From Thermoplasmata archaeon (GTDB lineage: Archaea > Thermoplasmatota > Thermoplasmata > GCA-020350865), in assembly GCA_020348445.1 (NCBI GenBank), contig CP070751.1, forward strand, positions 3,206,621 to 3,270,620: 64,000 nt of DNA, in the 5' to 3' direction. Within the stretch, counting starts at the first letter, position 1; the number at the start of each line of letters is the position of its first letter. The notes beneath the pieces are model-generated. The model searched no databases. It was not told where the DNA came from and worked only from the letters and a program-made list of their open reading frames with translations. This document shows positions 39,001-48,329 of the stretch, in pieces. The translations under genes and the position numbers were made by a program.

Positions 39001-39279
39001 CTCATGCATGCGGCAATTGCGGCTCTCATGGGCATAATAGCCGGCGCCATATACTATGCACTTATGCATATAACAGAATGGCAGGCAGAAGCAGTGGTTC
39101 TTATGCATGAACTCGGGCACTCTATAAACATTGTTGATTTCAACCCGTATCCAGTCGAGGATTACTGCTCTGACAAATCCTGTGTAATGGCGCTTGGGAA
39201 TTACAAGAATTGTAAGAGTAACCCCGGCTACTGCAGCCATCACTGGAGCCAAAGAGATCTTTCCCCTGTTAAGCAATAG
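33043..39279 (+). CDS. Giant secreted protein: about 13 PKD domains, helical insert, DxDGDG Ca-binding repeats, C-terminal HExxH metallopeptidase-like domain
   Basis: Signal peptide; repeated WDFGDG/Y..G.YTVTLTV.D; DTDGDG repeats; KDLFVEIDYM; MHELGHS; CVM. Confidence 0.9.
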   Translation: MVKDTRFRTLKSVSAIFAVFCAAVLVSASFAGVVETEFTETQDSEEQQISDVVKDQTELEDMGTEMWGPVLLGPNEPPVANAGPMITVDTNEVVQFDGSDSNDPDGSIVSYKWYFQDDSTGSGVNPTHSYTKEGFYNVILVVEDNNGATDQDSVLITVHNVYPDAHTSIDVTAYEDELVTFDASGSLDTPSDQSTLTYVWDFGDGSIGVGKIMTHTYTISGLYTVILSVLDNDAVLDRDIMTVSVENLPPVADAGPDQIVDEDSLVLFDGSGSTDTPSDLPGLSYSWDFGDGHIGTGVSPSHLYSREGTYTVYLTVHDCGDCVSDVDSLIVIVNNLQPAADAGPDQTVNEDQLVFFSGAGQDSASDYPILSYAWNFGDGTVGFGKNPTHAFQDQGTYTVTLTVVDDNGEFGQDTMFVTVVNLGPVVDAGPDVEVNEDVPVQFMGYAYDTPSDEQSFSYSWDYGDGSTGSGEYTTYTYTTQGTYTVTLTVMDDDSEIGTDTLTVTVKNIPPTVVVTYTSPCPIIIAGDMLTFDAMVFDSPSDMATLTFTWDFGDGTIVTGAPPVTHAYANPGIYKVTLTVTDDDGAVGQDIVVIVVEEHSMELEIIPLVYEVMPGETAEYIIILRNTGTIDDAYTLTLTTSTDPLWAGCPPCKFHLGVEQILVPAKSERRIALPFTPLENLPLDADTTLGFEVTATCVHQANEVSNAPLFDSAGDDLIIIATYESRLRWAQVEIESLITDFSGGNPTDATLLKALEEVSEALFFSSTSDSPDFNYVMSIEHVKAGLHNLETTSGSVPTGVIIDLLLIAVDNMVEDTITTAEIQAGPSNIHVMDAWNLHTTAQGRIAVGDIENGMEQYKNAYMEAERAEGEWVPREYADALTQAISDINILLLGPYSAPALNKLQMAEDELIAAQGKIGYGLMKDSFINVKNAIQHLQVAETQGAPTASIMLDLTNAIESTTEMLITETETHVGMEVNDIKQAWSKFYQGKSFAMVGQYLQAIDKYDGAYKHALLAEDWIPIADAGADQTAIEDDVVYFDASNSRDRDGIVLFYEWNFGDGCTEYGVFTSHAYKDAGPYIVTLLITDNEGLKDIDTMVVTVHNVAPTADIVLNYLPASSSPPNTVYMDDVILFDAIYSDTPSDLPGLIIKWDFGDDTIGFGAHIHHAYTAPGTFLVTLTVFDEDGDFGSATEIITVKNVIPEAVVTFSQIAFEDEVVYLSGYGHDSPSDMDTLTYSWDFGDGTTGMGKDVIHVYTDEGIYTVTLTVTDIHGGSGSSTITVSVINPPPMADAGWIQYSKEDSTVNFLGTGSDTPSDKSSLTYSWEFGDGTSASGAAQSHVYSLSGAYMVTLTVTDDDGDIGVDRIPVFVENVEPTANAGPDQIVNEDDVVVFGPGGSDSSSDISSLQYYMCVCPKCVGLGTSHIHVYNLKGVYTVILTVVDDDGAEAYDEMTVTVNNVAPVAYAGSDVTVNENELVFFSGSATDTPSDHPLLEYAWDYDGDGDTEAFGREVMHAFESSGTYTVTLIVTDNDGAVSTDTVTVTVDNLVPTAYAGPDLVVTGGARYLDFHGLGFDTPSDQYSLAYSWNFGDGGTATGEYVRHLYSSGGTYTVTLTVTDNDGATATDTAIIMILLDSDEDGLPDYWEILYGLDPNDPDGDNGGQGDPDGDDLTNLEEYGYGTHPKNRDTDGDSHNNNFWDGAEIAYWLSKGKTDDQAGTNANTWDVDGDGMPDGWEVWYAQNPASGAAYNLLNPDNYGDRNQDPDGDGLTNIQEYNAGTDPTNPDTDGDGMPDGWEVTYGLNPLWYWDRYGDMDSDGLNNIKEYQHGTNPTNPDTDGDTMADGWEVTYGLDPTSPGDKNGDSDDDGLKNYQEYALRGKGAKPNYKDLFVEIDYMSGHKPRDSVLDYIEDYYSDRGIHLLFEVDEQVPHDSSMTSAEWDSYHSTYLDNVGTHKHVIFMHKYHDGSLGVCTLPIPDDQTIIADQECEDWVLQHNLMHAAIAALMGIIAGAIYYALMHITEWQAEAVVLMHELGHSINIVDFNPYPVEDYCSDKSCVMALGNYKNCKSNPGYCSHHWSQRDLSPVKQ

Positions 39280-39345
39280 GAAAATTTGGTTTCCTAAAAT
39301 TGAATTGAACAGCCACTTACTATGTAGACTTTGTTAGTGAGTTCC

Positions 39346-39963
39346 ATGGAGAAAGAAAGAAAGGTATTGATAATCGTACTGATCGCTTTTGCGATAGTAA
39401 TAGCATCGATAGGTTATTTTGTATATTTAATAATAGAAGTTGAGACTGTAGAAAGAAGCCAATCATACGAATATAAATTGGAGATAATTCCTGATGAGAC
39501 CGGGGAATATACAGTGTACGTCCCAATTGTGATCAATGAAGATAAATCGATTTCAGAGCTTATGGATGACCTCCATATAACAAAAGGTGATGCAACATAT
39601 GAGATCATTGAAACAGAACATGGATGGGCCCTTAAAATCGTATCAAATACAGAAGTAAGTATCGAATCATCCATAGATGAACCTATTTCTTTCCCGTATC
39701 TCAGCATGTTGAACGAATCCATTGAAAGAAAAGAAGCTCATAGCGAAGTGAATTTCTGGGTTTTTTATGATAAACTAGAAGGGGAAGGGAATATAACCTT
39801 AAGTGTCCACCTTTCTACAGATTCAGAAAGAGTTTGGTATAACGGTTTGGGTCTAGAAAAATGGAGCAGCGGTACTCATAGAGAGGAAAAAATAGATGAA
39901 GTGACTGTAACTTCCGGATGGCAAAAGGTTCCTGGTTATATCTCGATTGAGGTTTCAAATTAG
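39346..39963 (+). CDS. Membrane-anchored hypothetical protein
   Basis: Single N-terminal TM followed by a beta-rich domain. Confidence 0.7.
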   Translation: MEKERKVLIIVLIAFAIVIASIGYFVYLIIEVETVERSQSYEYKLEIIPDETGEYTVYVPIVINEDKSISELMDDLHITKGDATYEIIETEHGWALKIVSNTEVSIESSIDEPISFPYLSMLNESIERKEAHSEVNFWVFYDKLEGEGNITLSVHLSTDSERVWYNGLGLEKWSSGTHREEKIDEVTVTSGWQKVPGYISIEVSN

Positions 39964-40148
39964 ATTGACAAAGGGTGGGAAAGGAGAAAACATATGCTGA
40001 AATAAACTTATGAAAGGAAAGTTATTTATTTAACTAGTATGTTAAAGTCTGGGGTGTAATTCATGACAAGGCTTATCTTACTGGGTAATTGTTTGAATAT
40101 GATAATCCTCTTATGTAAATCATCTCTATATACAATAGTCAGGAGGCG

Positions 40149-41915
40149 ATGATTTATATGAGAAGGGCAATTGGGATATCACTTGCTTTGATTATCTTGC
40201 TTAGTGGATTGTATCTGGTAGCACAAACTCCAAGTGCCACACCATATACCACACCTGATACTGGGGTGACTTGGTACATGGACGACTTGGTGCTAAATTC
40301 TGGCGGGACCGTTATCGGAGGTGGTGGTACTTATGTTATCACGGACCACGTATACATATCCCCAAGAGACACCATAATCATTCAACCTGGAGAGATCATA
40401 AAATTCGATTCAGGTGTAAATTTAACAGTAAACGGAACACTGATTGCAGACGGGAATGGAGCCAATATGATAACATTCACATCAAACGCATCCAGCCCTG
40501 GTGCAGGGGATTGGGGGTGCATCATATTTGAAGATACAAGTTCAGATGCAAATTGTATAATAAACTATAGTACGATTGAGTTCTCAAACTATGGAATTTT
40601 ATGCGAACATGCCTCCCCGACTATCACGAACAACACCATAACAATGAATGCACTTTTTGGAATGGTCTTAAATGCTTCCTCTCCTTTAATAGAGAATAAT
40701 ACTATCTCATCCAATTTGTACGGTATCGTATGTGGTTACCCTTCCAAACCCGTAATTAGAAACAACCAAATTTTAGACAATTTTATAAGCGGTATTTTCA
40801 GCACCGATTCTAATGCCGAAATCGATGGAAACACCATCTCAGGGGGCATGTCTGCCATCTTTTGTGCATTTGGCTCACCTGACATCAAGAATAACACATT
40901 ATCGAGCATGGCCCCCTATTCTATCCTCGCAGTTAATGTCACTGATATCAATGTCACAGACAATACCTTCATCGACTCCCAAATGATAATATATAATTCA
41001 TCTATAAATAAAATGTTGCTCGTGGATTCAGTTGCAACCACAGTGAACTGCACATATCCAATACCAACTCTTGATATAGATTCCAATTCGATTCTCATTG
41101 TTCAGAACTACCTGCATGTAAAGGTAATTGATAGCGGAAGTGCCCCAATGCAGGGTGCATGGGTGAATGTAACTGATAATGGAGATCAGATATATTCAAG
41201 ACAAACAGATGCTGATGGGTATTGTCTGTGGTTCGAGGTAACAGATAGGGTATACTATTATGGAAATAGCCCTACAGAGAATATTACCGGAATTACCGTC
41301 GAAAATGGTACCATGTCTTTTACTTGCCTTACAAGCGCCGACCCATCTGACATCGACATGTTTTTGTCTCATGTGGAAATCTTTCAAGGCTCTCCTGATT
41401 ATGGTATCAATTTGGTATTTGGCTGGAATCTAATATCGATACCATTTATTCAATCTGATACTAACATTAATTCTGTTCTGTCCACTATTTCTGGGGACTA
41501 CGATGCCGTGCAGTGGTACAATGCAAGTGATACAGCTGATCAGTGGAAACACAATCGACCAGGAAAACCATCCCAACTAAACGATCTGAATGACATAGAC
41601 CATACCATGGGATTTTGGATACATATCACCGATATAAATGGCGTTCTATTTCTTTATCCCGGAACCGAACCTGTAGTTAACCAGAATATCAACCTCCGTT
41701 CCGGTTGGAACCTCGTGGGTTATCCCTCCGTGACCAGCTACAACAGGACAGATGGACTGAACACCCTCAAGTTCGATTTCGAGGTTAACATGATCTTATA
41801 CTATAATGCTGGGTTGCAGAAGTGGACCAAGATGGGTGAGACCGACAATTTTCAGCATGGAAAGGGATACTACATTCACGCAACAACAGATTGCGTTTGG
41901 AATATCCCTTTGTAG
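40149..41915 (+). CDS. Secreted right-handed beta-helix (NosD/CASH-like) protein with duplicated GWNL C-terminal domain
   Basis: Signal peptide, I.NN.I repeats, FGWNLISIP and SGWNLVGYP. Confidence 0.85.
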   Translation: MIYMRRAIGISLALIILLSGLYLVAQTPSATPYTTPDTGVTWYMDDLVLNSGGTVIGGGGTYVITDHVYISPRDTIIIQPGEIIKFDSGVNLTVNGTLIADGNGANMITFTSNASSPGAGDWGCIIFEDTSSDANCIINYSTIEFSNYGILCEHASPTITNNTITMNALFGMVLNASSPLIENNTISSNLYGIVCGYPSKPVIRNNQILDNFISGIFSTDSNAEIDGNTISGGMSAIFCAFGSPDIKNNTLSSMAPYSILAVNVTDINVTDNTFIDSQMIIYNSSINKMLLVDSVATTVNCTYPIPTLDIDSNSILIVQNYLHVKVIDSGSAPMQGAWVNVTDNGDQIYSRQTDADGYCLWFEVTDRVYYYGNSPTENITGITVENGTMSFTCLTSADPSDIDMFLSHVEIFQGSPDYGINLVFGWNLISIPFIQSDTNINSVLSTISGDYDAVQWYNASDTADQWKHNRPGKPSQLNDLNDIDHTMGFWIHITDINGVLFLYPGTEPVVNQNINLRSGWNLVGYPSVTSYNRTDGLNTLKFDFEVNMILYYNAGLQKWTKMGETDNFQHGKGYYIHATTDCVWNIPL

Positions 41916-41957
41916 TATCGGAAGGTATTTATCTCATTATATCAATTGCTCTGACTA

Positions 41958-42857
41958 ATGACTAGAAAGATAGCCAGATTAGGTGGATTGATTGTCTGCT
42001 GCCTTTTAATAATCGGGAATTCACCCATTATAGTTGTTGGTGACTGCCAAAAACCTGAATGGAAAGTCGGGGATGAATGGAAGTACAATATGACTGTGAT
42101 GGGCATAAAAGTAAAAGTTACACATAAAGTTACAGAGGTTACCAACATAAATGTAAATGGAACAGATTATGAAGTATACCATGTAGAAGTCAAGGGGGCC
42201 GGAGGAACAGAGCATCAGTATTATACAAAAAATGACTTATCTTTGGTGAAGAGGGAGGTTCCTTCAACAACTGTGACCTCATCTTATACAATCACCTATA
42301 ATCCACCCAAGAAGGAGTTCGATTTCCCACTTGTGATCGGTAAAAACTGGGTTTCCGAATGCAATGAGCACATATATGGAGAGGACATAGGCTATGCCAA
42401 CATAACGGTGAAGGATAACTATACGATCGTGGGAATGGAATCTGTTTCCCTTTCCGCAGGTGTTTTCGAATGCTATAAAATCGAATCAGTTGATCGTTAT
42501 GAGATCACATACACAACAAGATGGTATTCTGAAGAAGTTAAAAATGTAGTAAAAAGTTCTGTGAATATGTCAGGGGTTGTAACTGAGATGGAGCTTGATT
42601 CATTTTCTTCTGGGACTGAGGATGATGATGGCGAGGAGGAGAATGGATCTGGGCCAAAGGATTCATCAGATGATCTGCCCCTTATTTTCATTCCAATAAT
42701 TATTGTGATTGTTATTGTAGTTCTTGTGTTTATTTTGTTGAGAAGTAGAAAAGGGAAGGCAAAAGGACAACAGCCACCGCAAGCCTCATCAGTACCACCA
42801 CCCATTTATGAAAGCCCACCTTTTCCCCCGCAACAAAAACCTCCACAGTCTCTGTAA
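41958..42857 (+). CDS. Secreted protein with C-terminal TM anchor and Pro/Gln-rich cytoplasmic tail
   Basis: PEWKVGDEWKY, VSLSAGVFECYKI, hydrophobic anchor followed by basic residues. Confidence 0.8.
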   Translation: MTRKIARLGGLIVCCLLIIGNSPIIVVGDCQKPEWKVGDEWKYNMTVMGIKVKVTHKVTEVTNINVNGTDYEVYHVEVKGAGGTEHQYYTKNDLSLVKREVPSTTVTSSYTITYNPPKKEFDFPLVIGKNWVSECNEHIYGEDIGYANITVKDNYTIVGMESVSLSAGVFECYKIESVDRYEITYTTRWYSEEVKNVVKSSVNMSGVVTEMELDSFSSGTEDDDGEEENGSGPKDSSDDLPLIFIPIIIVIVIVVLVFILLRSRKGKAKGQQPPQASSVPPPIYESPPFPPQQKPPQSL

Positions 42858-42951
42858 AATGTATCCAAAAACAGGATATTTTGGGAGGTCCTCCTATAAA
42901 ACATACTTTTTTATTTTAAAAACTCATTTCAATTGTAAAAGAGGCCATCTA

Positions 42952-43185
42952 ATGCCCGATATAATGACTGAAACCGATGCCGAGAAATTGATTCTGTCCC
43001 TTTTAGGCAGTGCCGAAAAACCCCTTACCACAAGGGAAATCGAAAAGATAGTTCAGGGCAAGGGAAAACAGTGCCCTGACTCGGCAGTTCGATTTCTAAC
43101 CAAGATGCGTTACAAGGAGATGATAAAAGGGGAGCTTTCCATGGAACACAAGGGATGGATATGGTGGATAGAAAAAGAAAGGTGA
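42952..43185 (+). CDS. Small winged-helix protein
   Basis: EKPLTTREIEK...AVRFLTKM...GWIWW; start revised to ATG 42952. Confidence 0.65.
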   Translation: MPDIMTETDAEKLILSLLGSAEKPLTTREIEKIVQGKGKQCPDSAVRFLTKMRYKEMIKGELSMEHKGWIWWIEKER

Positions 43186-43191
43186 AACAAA

Positions 43192-44079
43192 ATGGATAAG
43201 TTGATGATAATAGGGGGAAGCGGTCTTCTCGGGGGGCATCTTGCAAGGTTTGCCCAAGAGGAATACGAAGTTGTGGCTACCTACATGGGCCACCCGATCG
43301 AGATTCCTGGCTGTAGAACCACCTCCATGGATATCAGGGATTTCTATAAAACCGAGAATAAAATATCAAAAGAAAAGCCAGATCTTATTATCCTCTCCGC
43401 AGCGCAAAGAAATGTGGACTATTGCGAGAAAAAACCAGAGGAGGTCTGGAAAATAAACGTGCAAGGTGCCAAGAATGTTGCCATCGCATCCAAGAAAGTC
43501 CAAGCCAAGTTGATATACCTCTCCACAGATTTGGTATTCGACGGGGAAAAAGAGGGATACCAGGAGGAGGAGGATCCAAATCCAATTAACTATTACGGCA
43601 AAACCAAACTGGAAGGTGAGAAAGAGGTGGCCAAGGCTTGTGAGGATTATGCAATAGCCAGGGTGAGCGTGCTCTATGACTGGAACCCATTTGAGCATAC
43701 CTTCAATTTCGTGTCCTGGGTTTATAACAGCCTAAAAGAAAAAAAGGAGATATCTCTTTTTACTGATCAATTCAGAAATGCCACGTACATCAAGAACGCC
43801 TGCGATGCATTGCTGGGTATACATAAGAAAGGCGAGCAAGGGATTTTCCACGTTGCAGGGAAAAACTGTGTGAACAGACACGAAATAGGTGAGAAGGTGG
43901 CTGAAATATTTGGATTTGATGAAAAACTCATCACGACGTGTACAAGTGAAGACAGTAACTGGGTGGCAAAAAGACCCAAGAGATGCTGCCTAAACTCAGA
44001 GAAAATGAATGATAGACTCGGCATAAAATCCATGAGCATTGAAGAAGGACTAGATGCAATGAAAAGGGAGATACAATGA
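43192..44079 (+). CDS. rfbD: dTDP-4-dehydrorhamnose reductase (SDR)
   Basis: GGSGLLG, YLSTDLVFDG, PINYYGKTK. Confidence 0.9.
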   Translation: MDKLMIIGGSGLLGGHLARFAQEEYEVVATYMGHPIEIPGCRTTSMDIRDFYKTENKISKEKPDLIILSAAQRNVDYCEKKPEEVWKINVQGAKNVAIASKKVQAKLIYLSTDLVFDGEKEGYQEEEDPNPINYYGKTKLEGEKEVAKACEDYAIARVSVLYDWNPFEHTFNFVSWVYNSLKEKKEISLFTDQFRNATYIKNACDALLGIHKKGEQGIFHVAGKNCVNRHEIGEKVAEIFGFDEKLITTCTSEDSNWVAKRPKRCCLNSEKMNDRLGIKSMSIEEGLDAMKREIQ

Positions 44080-44405
44080 TGCCCCAAAAGAGCCAAAGGA
44101 ACAAAAAAAGGTACATCGCCTTTACAGTTCACGCACCCAGATCGATTTCCAGAAAGGAGTTCATATCTGCGATCAGAGAGAACATAAAGGATAAAAACTC
44201 CTGGAACAGAATCAAACCCTGGCTCACGGTTTTTGCTGACAACGAGGGGATTCTTCGTTGCTCCCATTCTGCAAAGGATGAGGCAATAGCACTGCTTAGT
44301 TCCATAACAACTTGCGGGAGGGAAAACATAAAAATAAAAGTGGAGACGAAAGCCACCTCTGGCACCATAAAAAAGGCAAAAAGAAAAATTTCAAAAATCC
44401 AATAA
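44076..44405 (+). CDS. rnp2: Ribonuclease P protein component 2 (Pop5/Rpp14)
   Basis: KRYIAF, GILRC, TSGTIKKAK; first gene of the proteasome/exosome superoperon. Confidence 0.85.
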   Translation: MMPQKSQRNKKRYIAFTVHAPRSISRKEFISAIRENIKDKNSWNRIKPWLTVFADNEGILRCSHSAKDEAIALLSSITTCGRENIKIKVETKATSGTIKKAKRKISKIQ

Positions 44406-44467
44406 AAGAAAAACTAACACCATTAGTTTTATATCTCTCATTCACATTTACCGCATGAGGAATCACT

Positions 44468-45184
44468 ATGCAACCCGGACAAATGGCATACGATAGAGCT
44501 ATTACGGTCTTCTCACCAGATGGAAGACTATTTCAAGTGGAATATGCAAGAGAGGCTGTCAAACGAGGTACCACCACCGTGGGGCTTAAGTTCAAGGATG
44601 GTGTGGCCCTGATAATTGATAAGAGGGTAACCAGCAGGTTAATCGAGCCCACTTCAATTGAAAAGATCTTTCAGATTGATCAGCACATAGGTTGTGCCAC
44701 TTCGGGTTTGGTGGCAGACGCCCGGGCCTTGGTGGACTACGCCAGAATCACGGCTCAAATAAATAGGGTTACCTACAATGAGCGGGTCTCAGTAGAGCAG
44801 CTGGTAAAGAGGATATGTGATTACAAACAAAATTATACCCAATTCGGTGGTGTTAGGCCCTTTGGAACTGCACTTCTGGTTGCCGGAGTTGATGATTTCG
44901 GCACACATCTTTTTGAAACCGATCCAAGCGGTGCTCTTATGGCCTATAAGGCAGGCAGCATTGGCGCCGGCAGGAACGTGGTTATCGAGATATTTGAGGA
45001 TAAATACAAAGATGATATGTCAATGAACGATTCCATAGTGCTGGGATTGGAAGCTCTTCAAAAGGCAACAGAAGGCGAACCCAACGTTCTCTCTGTGGAA
45101 ATCGGAGTAGTCAAGGCCGGAGAAACATTCAGGAAGTTGGAGACAAAAGAAGTGGAAAAATTCGTGGGTAAGTTGGGTAAATAA
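44468..45184 (+). CDS. psmA: Proteasome alpha subunit
   Basis: YDRAITVFSPDGRLFQVEYA. Confidence 0.98.
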   Translation: MQPGQMAYDRAITVFSPDGRLFQVEYAREAVKRGTTTVGLKFKDGVALIIDKRVTSRLIEPTSIEKIFQIDQHIGCATSGLVADARALVDYARITAQINRVTYNERVSVEQLVKRICDYKQNYTQFGGVRPFGTALLVAGVDDFGTHLFETDPSGALMAYKAGSIGAGRNVVIEIFEDKYKDDMSMNDSIVLGLEALQKATEGEPNVLSVEIGVVKAGETFRKLETKEVEKFVGKLGK

Positions 45185-45209
45185 TTGAGTTTGAAAGTGA
45201 GATAATACT

Positions 45210-45905
45210 ATGGTTAAGTTGGAAGACGCCGTTATCGCGAGGTTGGAGATTGAAAACGAACACTTTGAAATCCTTATAGAACCTGAAGCTGCCCAGAAGT
45301 TCAAAGACGGGGAGGATATTTCTATTTTAGAGAGCCTCGTCATCGATACGATTTTCAAGGATTCAAAAAAAGGTGACAAGGCCTCCGAGGACAAGATAAA
45401 CAAGATATTTGGAACAAACGATACTTCTGAGATCGCAAAAAGGATTCTTCGGGAGGGCACCATACAGCTCACCACTGAGCAGCGGAAGAAGATGCAGGAG
45501 AACAAGAGGAAGCAGATAGTTGCCTCGATTGTGCGAAACGCCATCAATCCGCAAACCGGATCTCCCCATCCGGCCCAGAGAATCGAGCTTGCAATGAAGG
45601 AGGCCAAGGTTCAGATAGACCCCTTCAAGCCAGTGGACATCCAGGTTCAAAGCGTGCTGGACAAGCTCAAGGTCATAATTCCAATACGATTCGAAAAGAT
45701 AAAGATAGCAGTGAAATTATCAGGCGAGAATTACGGAAGGACTTATGCAGACATCACAGGTTTTGGGAAAATCACCCGTGAAGAGTGGCAAAAGAATGGC
45801 TTCTGGATAGGCGTGGTGGAGATCCCGGCCGGCCTTCAAGGTGAATTCTTCGATAAATTGAATAAAAAGACCAAAGGAGATGTGGAAACCAAAATCATAA
45901 AATAA
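45210..45905 (+). CDS. sdo1: Ribosome assembly factor SBDS/Sdo1
   Basis: MVKLEDAVIARL, INPQTGSPHPAQRIE. Confidence 0.96.
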   Translation: MVKLEDAVIARLEIENEHFEILIEPEAAQKFKDGEDISILESLVIDTIFKDSKKGDKASEDKINKIFGTNDTSEIAKRILREGTIQLTTEQRKKMQENKRKQIVASIVRNAINPQTGSPHPAQRIELAMKEAKVQIDPFKPVDIQVQSVLDKLKVIIPIRFEKIKIAVKLSGENYGRTYADITGFGKITREEWQKNGFWIGVVEIPAGLQGEFFDKLNKKTKGDVETKIIK

Positions 45906-45968
45906 TAAAACTGTGTTATGGATGCGCTTTGTGTGGATTTAACTTGAGTTTAGGTAGATGTGATTTGA

Positions 45969-46700
45969 ATGAAAAATGTTGAAAAAGGCCCTGATTCTTC
46001 CAATGAGATTAAGGTCGAAAGGGAACTGGTAATACCCGGGGATTTTTTAAGCGAGAAAGATCTGAAATCAGGAATGGGCACCTACAACGATACCGAAAGG
46101 ACCTATGCATCGCAGTTGGGTGTGAAGAACATAAGGGCAGGGTACATAAATGTGGTTCCCCTGGGGGGAAGGTACATCCCCAGATCAGGAGATTATGTCA
46201 TAGGCAATATAATAGATATCGGACCCTCCAACTGGCTTGTGGATATCAAGGCCCCGTATCCTGCACCTCTGCACGTCAACGAGGTGCCCTGGCGAGTGGA
46301 GTTCGGGGATACCGCGAGATTCCTTTTTGTGGGAGACACCATACTGGCCAAGATACAGAATGTTGATGAGATCAAAAGGGTTCATGTGACCATGAACGAT
46401 CATGACCTGAGAAAGCTAACAGGCGGCCTTATCACCGAGATATCCCACTCAAAGGTCCCGAGGGTGATTGGAAAAGGAGGTTCTATGATCACTTTGATCA
46501 AAAGATACACTAAATGTCGAATGTTCGTGGGTCAGAACGGCAGAATATGGATAGACGGAAATGCTGATGATATCATGGTCGCGGTCAGTACAATCGAAAG
46601 AATCGAGGCCGAGGCCCAAGTGATGGGGCTTACAGATTCCATCAAAGATTATTTGGAGGAGCGCTACTCAGAAAGGTCTGAGGAAATTGAGACAAAATAG
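45969..46700 (+). CDS. rrp4: Exosome RNA-binding subunit Rrp4
   Basis: VIPGD, YIPRSGDYVIG, KH motif VPRVIGKGGSM. Confidence 0.96.
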   Translation: MKNVEKGPDSSNEIKVERELVIPGDFLSEKDLKSGMGTYNDTERTYASQLGVKNIRAGYINVVPLGGRYIPRSGDYVIGNIIDIGPSNWLVDIKAPYPAPLHVNEVPWRVEFGDTARFLFVGDTILAKIQNVDEIKRVHVTMNDHDLRKLTGGLITEISHSKVPRVIGKGGSMITLIKRYTKCRMFVGQNGRIWIDGNADDIMVAVSTIERIEAEAQVMGLTDSIKDYLEERYSERSEEIETK

Positions 46701-46745
46701 AGTGTATGTGTATGGTGAAGAGATCGATTTGAGTTTTAAGATTAG

Positions 46746-47513
46746 GTGAGTTACATGGGAGATTCTGGTGATTTGAAATTAATAGATGATTCTGGTAAAA
46801 GGCTGGACGGGAGGAAACTCGATGAGCTTCGGCCCATTAAAATCGAGGCCAACGTACTGAGGAGGGCGGACGGCTCCGCATACCTTGAGTGGGGAGGAAA
46901 TAAAATACTGGCCGCGGTCTACGGCCCAAGGGAGGCCCATCCGAGACATCTGCAGGATCCCACAAAGGCCATTGTTCAATGCCGATACAACATGGCCGCT
47001 TTCTCTGTAATGGACAGAAAAAGGCCTGGCCCTGACAGAAGATCTGTTGAGATATCCAAGATATTGTCAGAGGCCTTAGCATATGTCGTGTTCACAGAGC
47101 AGTTTCCCAGAACCTCAATTGATGTCTTTATAGAGGTTTTGCAGGCTGATGCGGGAACGAGATGCTCGGGTCTTACCGCAGCCTCTGTGGCACTTGCAGA
47201 CGCAGGTATCCCTATGAAGGACCTCATCGTTTCCTGCGCATTTGGCAAGGTGGGTGGAAAGGTGGTTTTGGACCTATATAAGGAGGAGGACAATTTGGGG
47301 GAGGCTGATGTCCCAATTGCCGTTGTGCCCAGGACCGAGGAGATCGTCTTACTTCAGATGGATGGACATCTCACAGTTGAGGAACTGAACCATGGATTGA
47401 CCATGACAATGGATGCATGCAAATACATCTATGGCCTTCAGAGGGATGCTCTAAAAAATAGGTACTCCACGGGCATGGATAATGAAGAGAATCCAAAGGA
47501 GGCATCCAAATGA
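46746..47513 (+). CDS. rrp41: Exosome subunit Rrp41
   Basis: [29 protein letters not shown]. Confidence 0.97.
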   Translation: MSYMGDSGDLKLIDDSGKRLDGRKLDELRPIKIEANVLRRADGSAYLEWGGNKILAAVYGPREAHPRHLQDPTKAIVQCRYNMAAFSVMDRKRPGPDRRSVEISKILSEALAYVVFTEQFPRTSIDVFIEVLQADAGTRCSGLTAASVALADAGIPMKDLIVSCAFGKVGGKVVLDLYKEEDNLGEADVPIAVVPRTEEIVLLQMDGHLTVEELNHGLTMTMDACKYIYGLQRDALKNRYSTGMDNEENPKEASK

Positions 47514-48286
47514 ACGAGGAGGTCATATCTGAGATTAATCGAAATTTCATCTATCAACTGGCTGAAAAGGGAAGGAGGATCGACAACAGGGCACCTGATG
47601 AGTTCAGACCAATTGGCGTGGAAAAAGGCGTTGTCAATACTGCGGAGGGCTCGGCAAGGGTTCATATAGGCAGAACAGATGTCCTGGCAGGGGTGAAGAT
47701 CGGAATTGGCGAGCCCTTCCCCGATACACCCGCAAAGGGTGTTCTCACCACCAATGCAGAGCTAATTCCCTTGGCCTCACCGACATTCGAGTTTGGTCCA
47801 CCAAGGGAGGATTCAATAGAGCTCGCCAGGGTTGTGGACAGGGGCATTCGTGAGTCTGGCACAATAGATCTTGAGAAGCTGTGCTTGGAGGAGGGGGAAA
47901 AGGTTTGGATTGTGTTCATAGATATTCATGTGCTGGATTATGACGGAAACCTGTTCGACGCCTCTGCCCTGGGCGCCCTTGCAGCGCTTACCGATACAAC
48001 TGTTCCGGCCTCACGGTTCGAGCTGGGCGATGATTTCAAATTACCTGTGCTACACTATCCAATAGCCTGTACCACCGTTAAAGTGGAGAATACACTCCTT
48101 TTGGACCCGGCACTGGAGGAAGAGAAGATCGCATCCGCCCGCCTCACAGTCACAACCGATGAGAATAAAGACGTTAGAGCCATGCAAAAGGGAAAAAGCG
48201 GCTCCTTCACATTAGATGAGGTTAAGAAGATAATAACCTCCTCCCAGGAGGTTGCAGAAAAGAACAGAAAAAAAATAATAGAATAA
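47510..48286 (+). CDS. rrp42: Exosome subunit Rrp42
   Basis: [27 protein letters not shown]. Confidence 0.97.
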   Translation: MNEEVISEINRNFIYQLAEKGRRIDNRAPDEFRPIGVEKGVVNTAEGSARVHIGRTDVLAGVKIGIGEPFPDTPAKGVLTTNAELIPLASPTFEFGPPREDSIELARVVDRGIRESGTIDLEKLCLEEGEKVWIVFIDIHVLDYDGNLFDASALGALAALTDTTVPASRFELGDDFKLPVLHYPIACTTVKVENTLLLDPALEEEKIASARLTVTTDENKDVRAMQKGKSGSFTLDEVKKIITSSQEVAEKNRKKIIE

Positions 48287-48329
48287 AGTTCATGACCCGA
48301 TTCCCATAACACTGGCAGGAGGACCCAAT

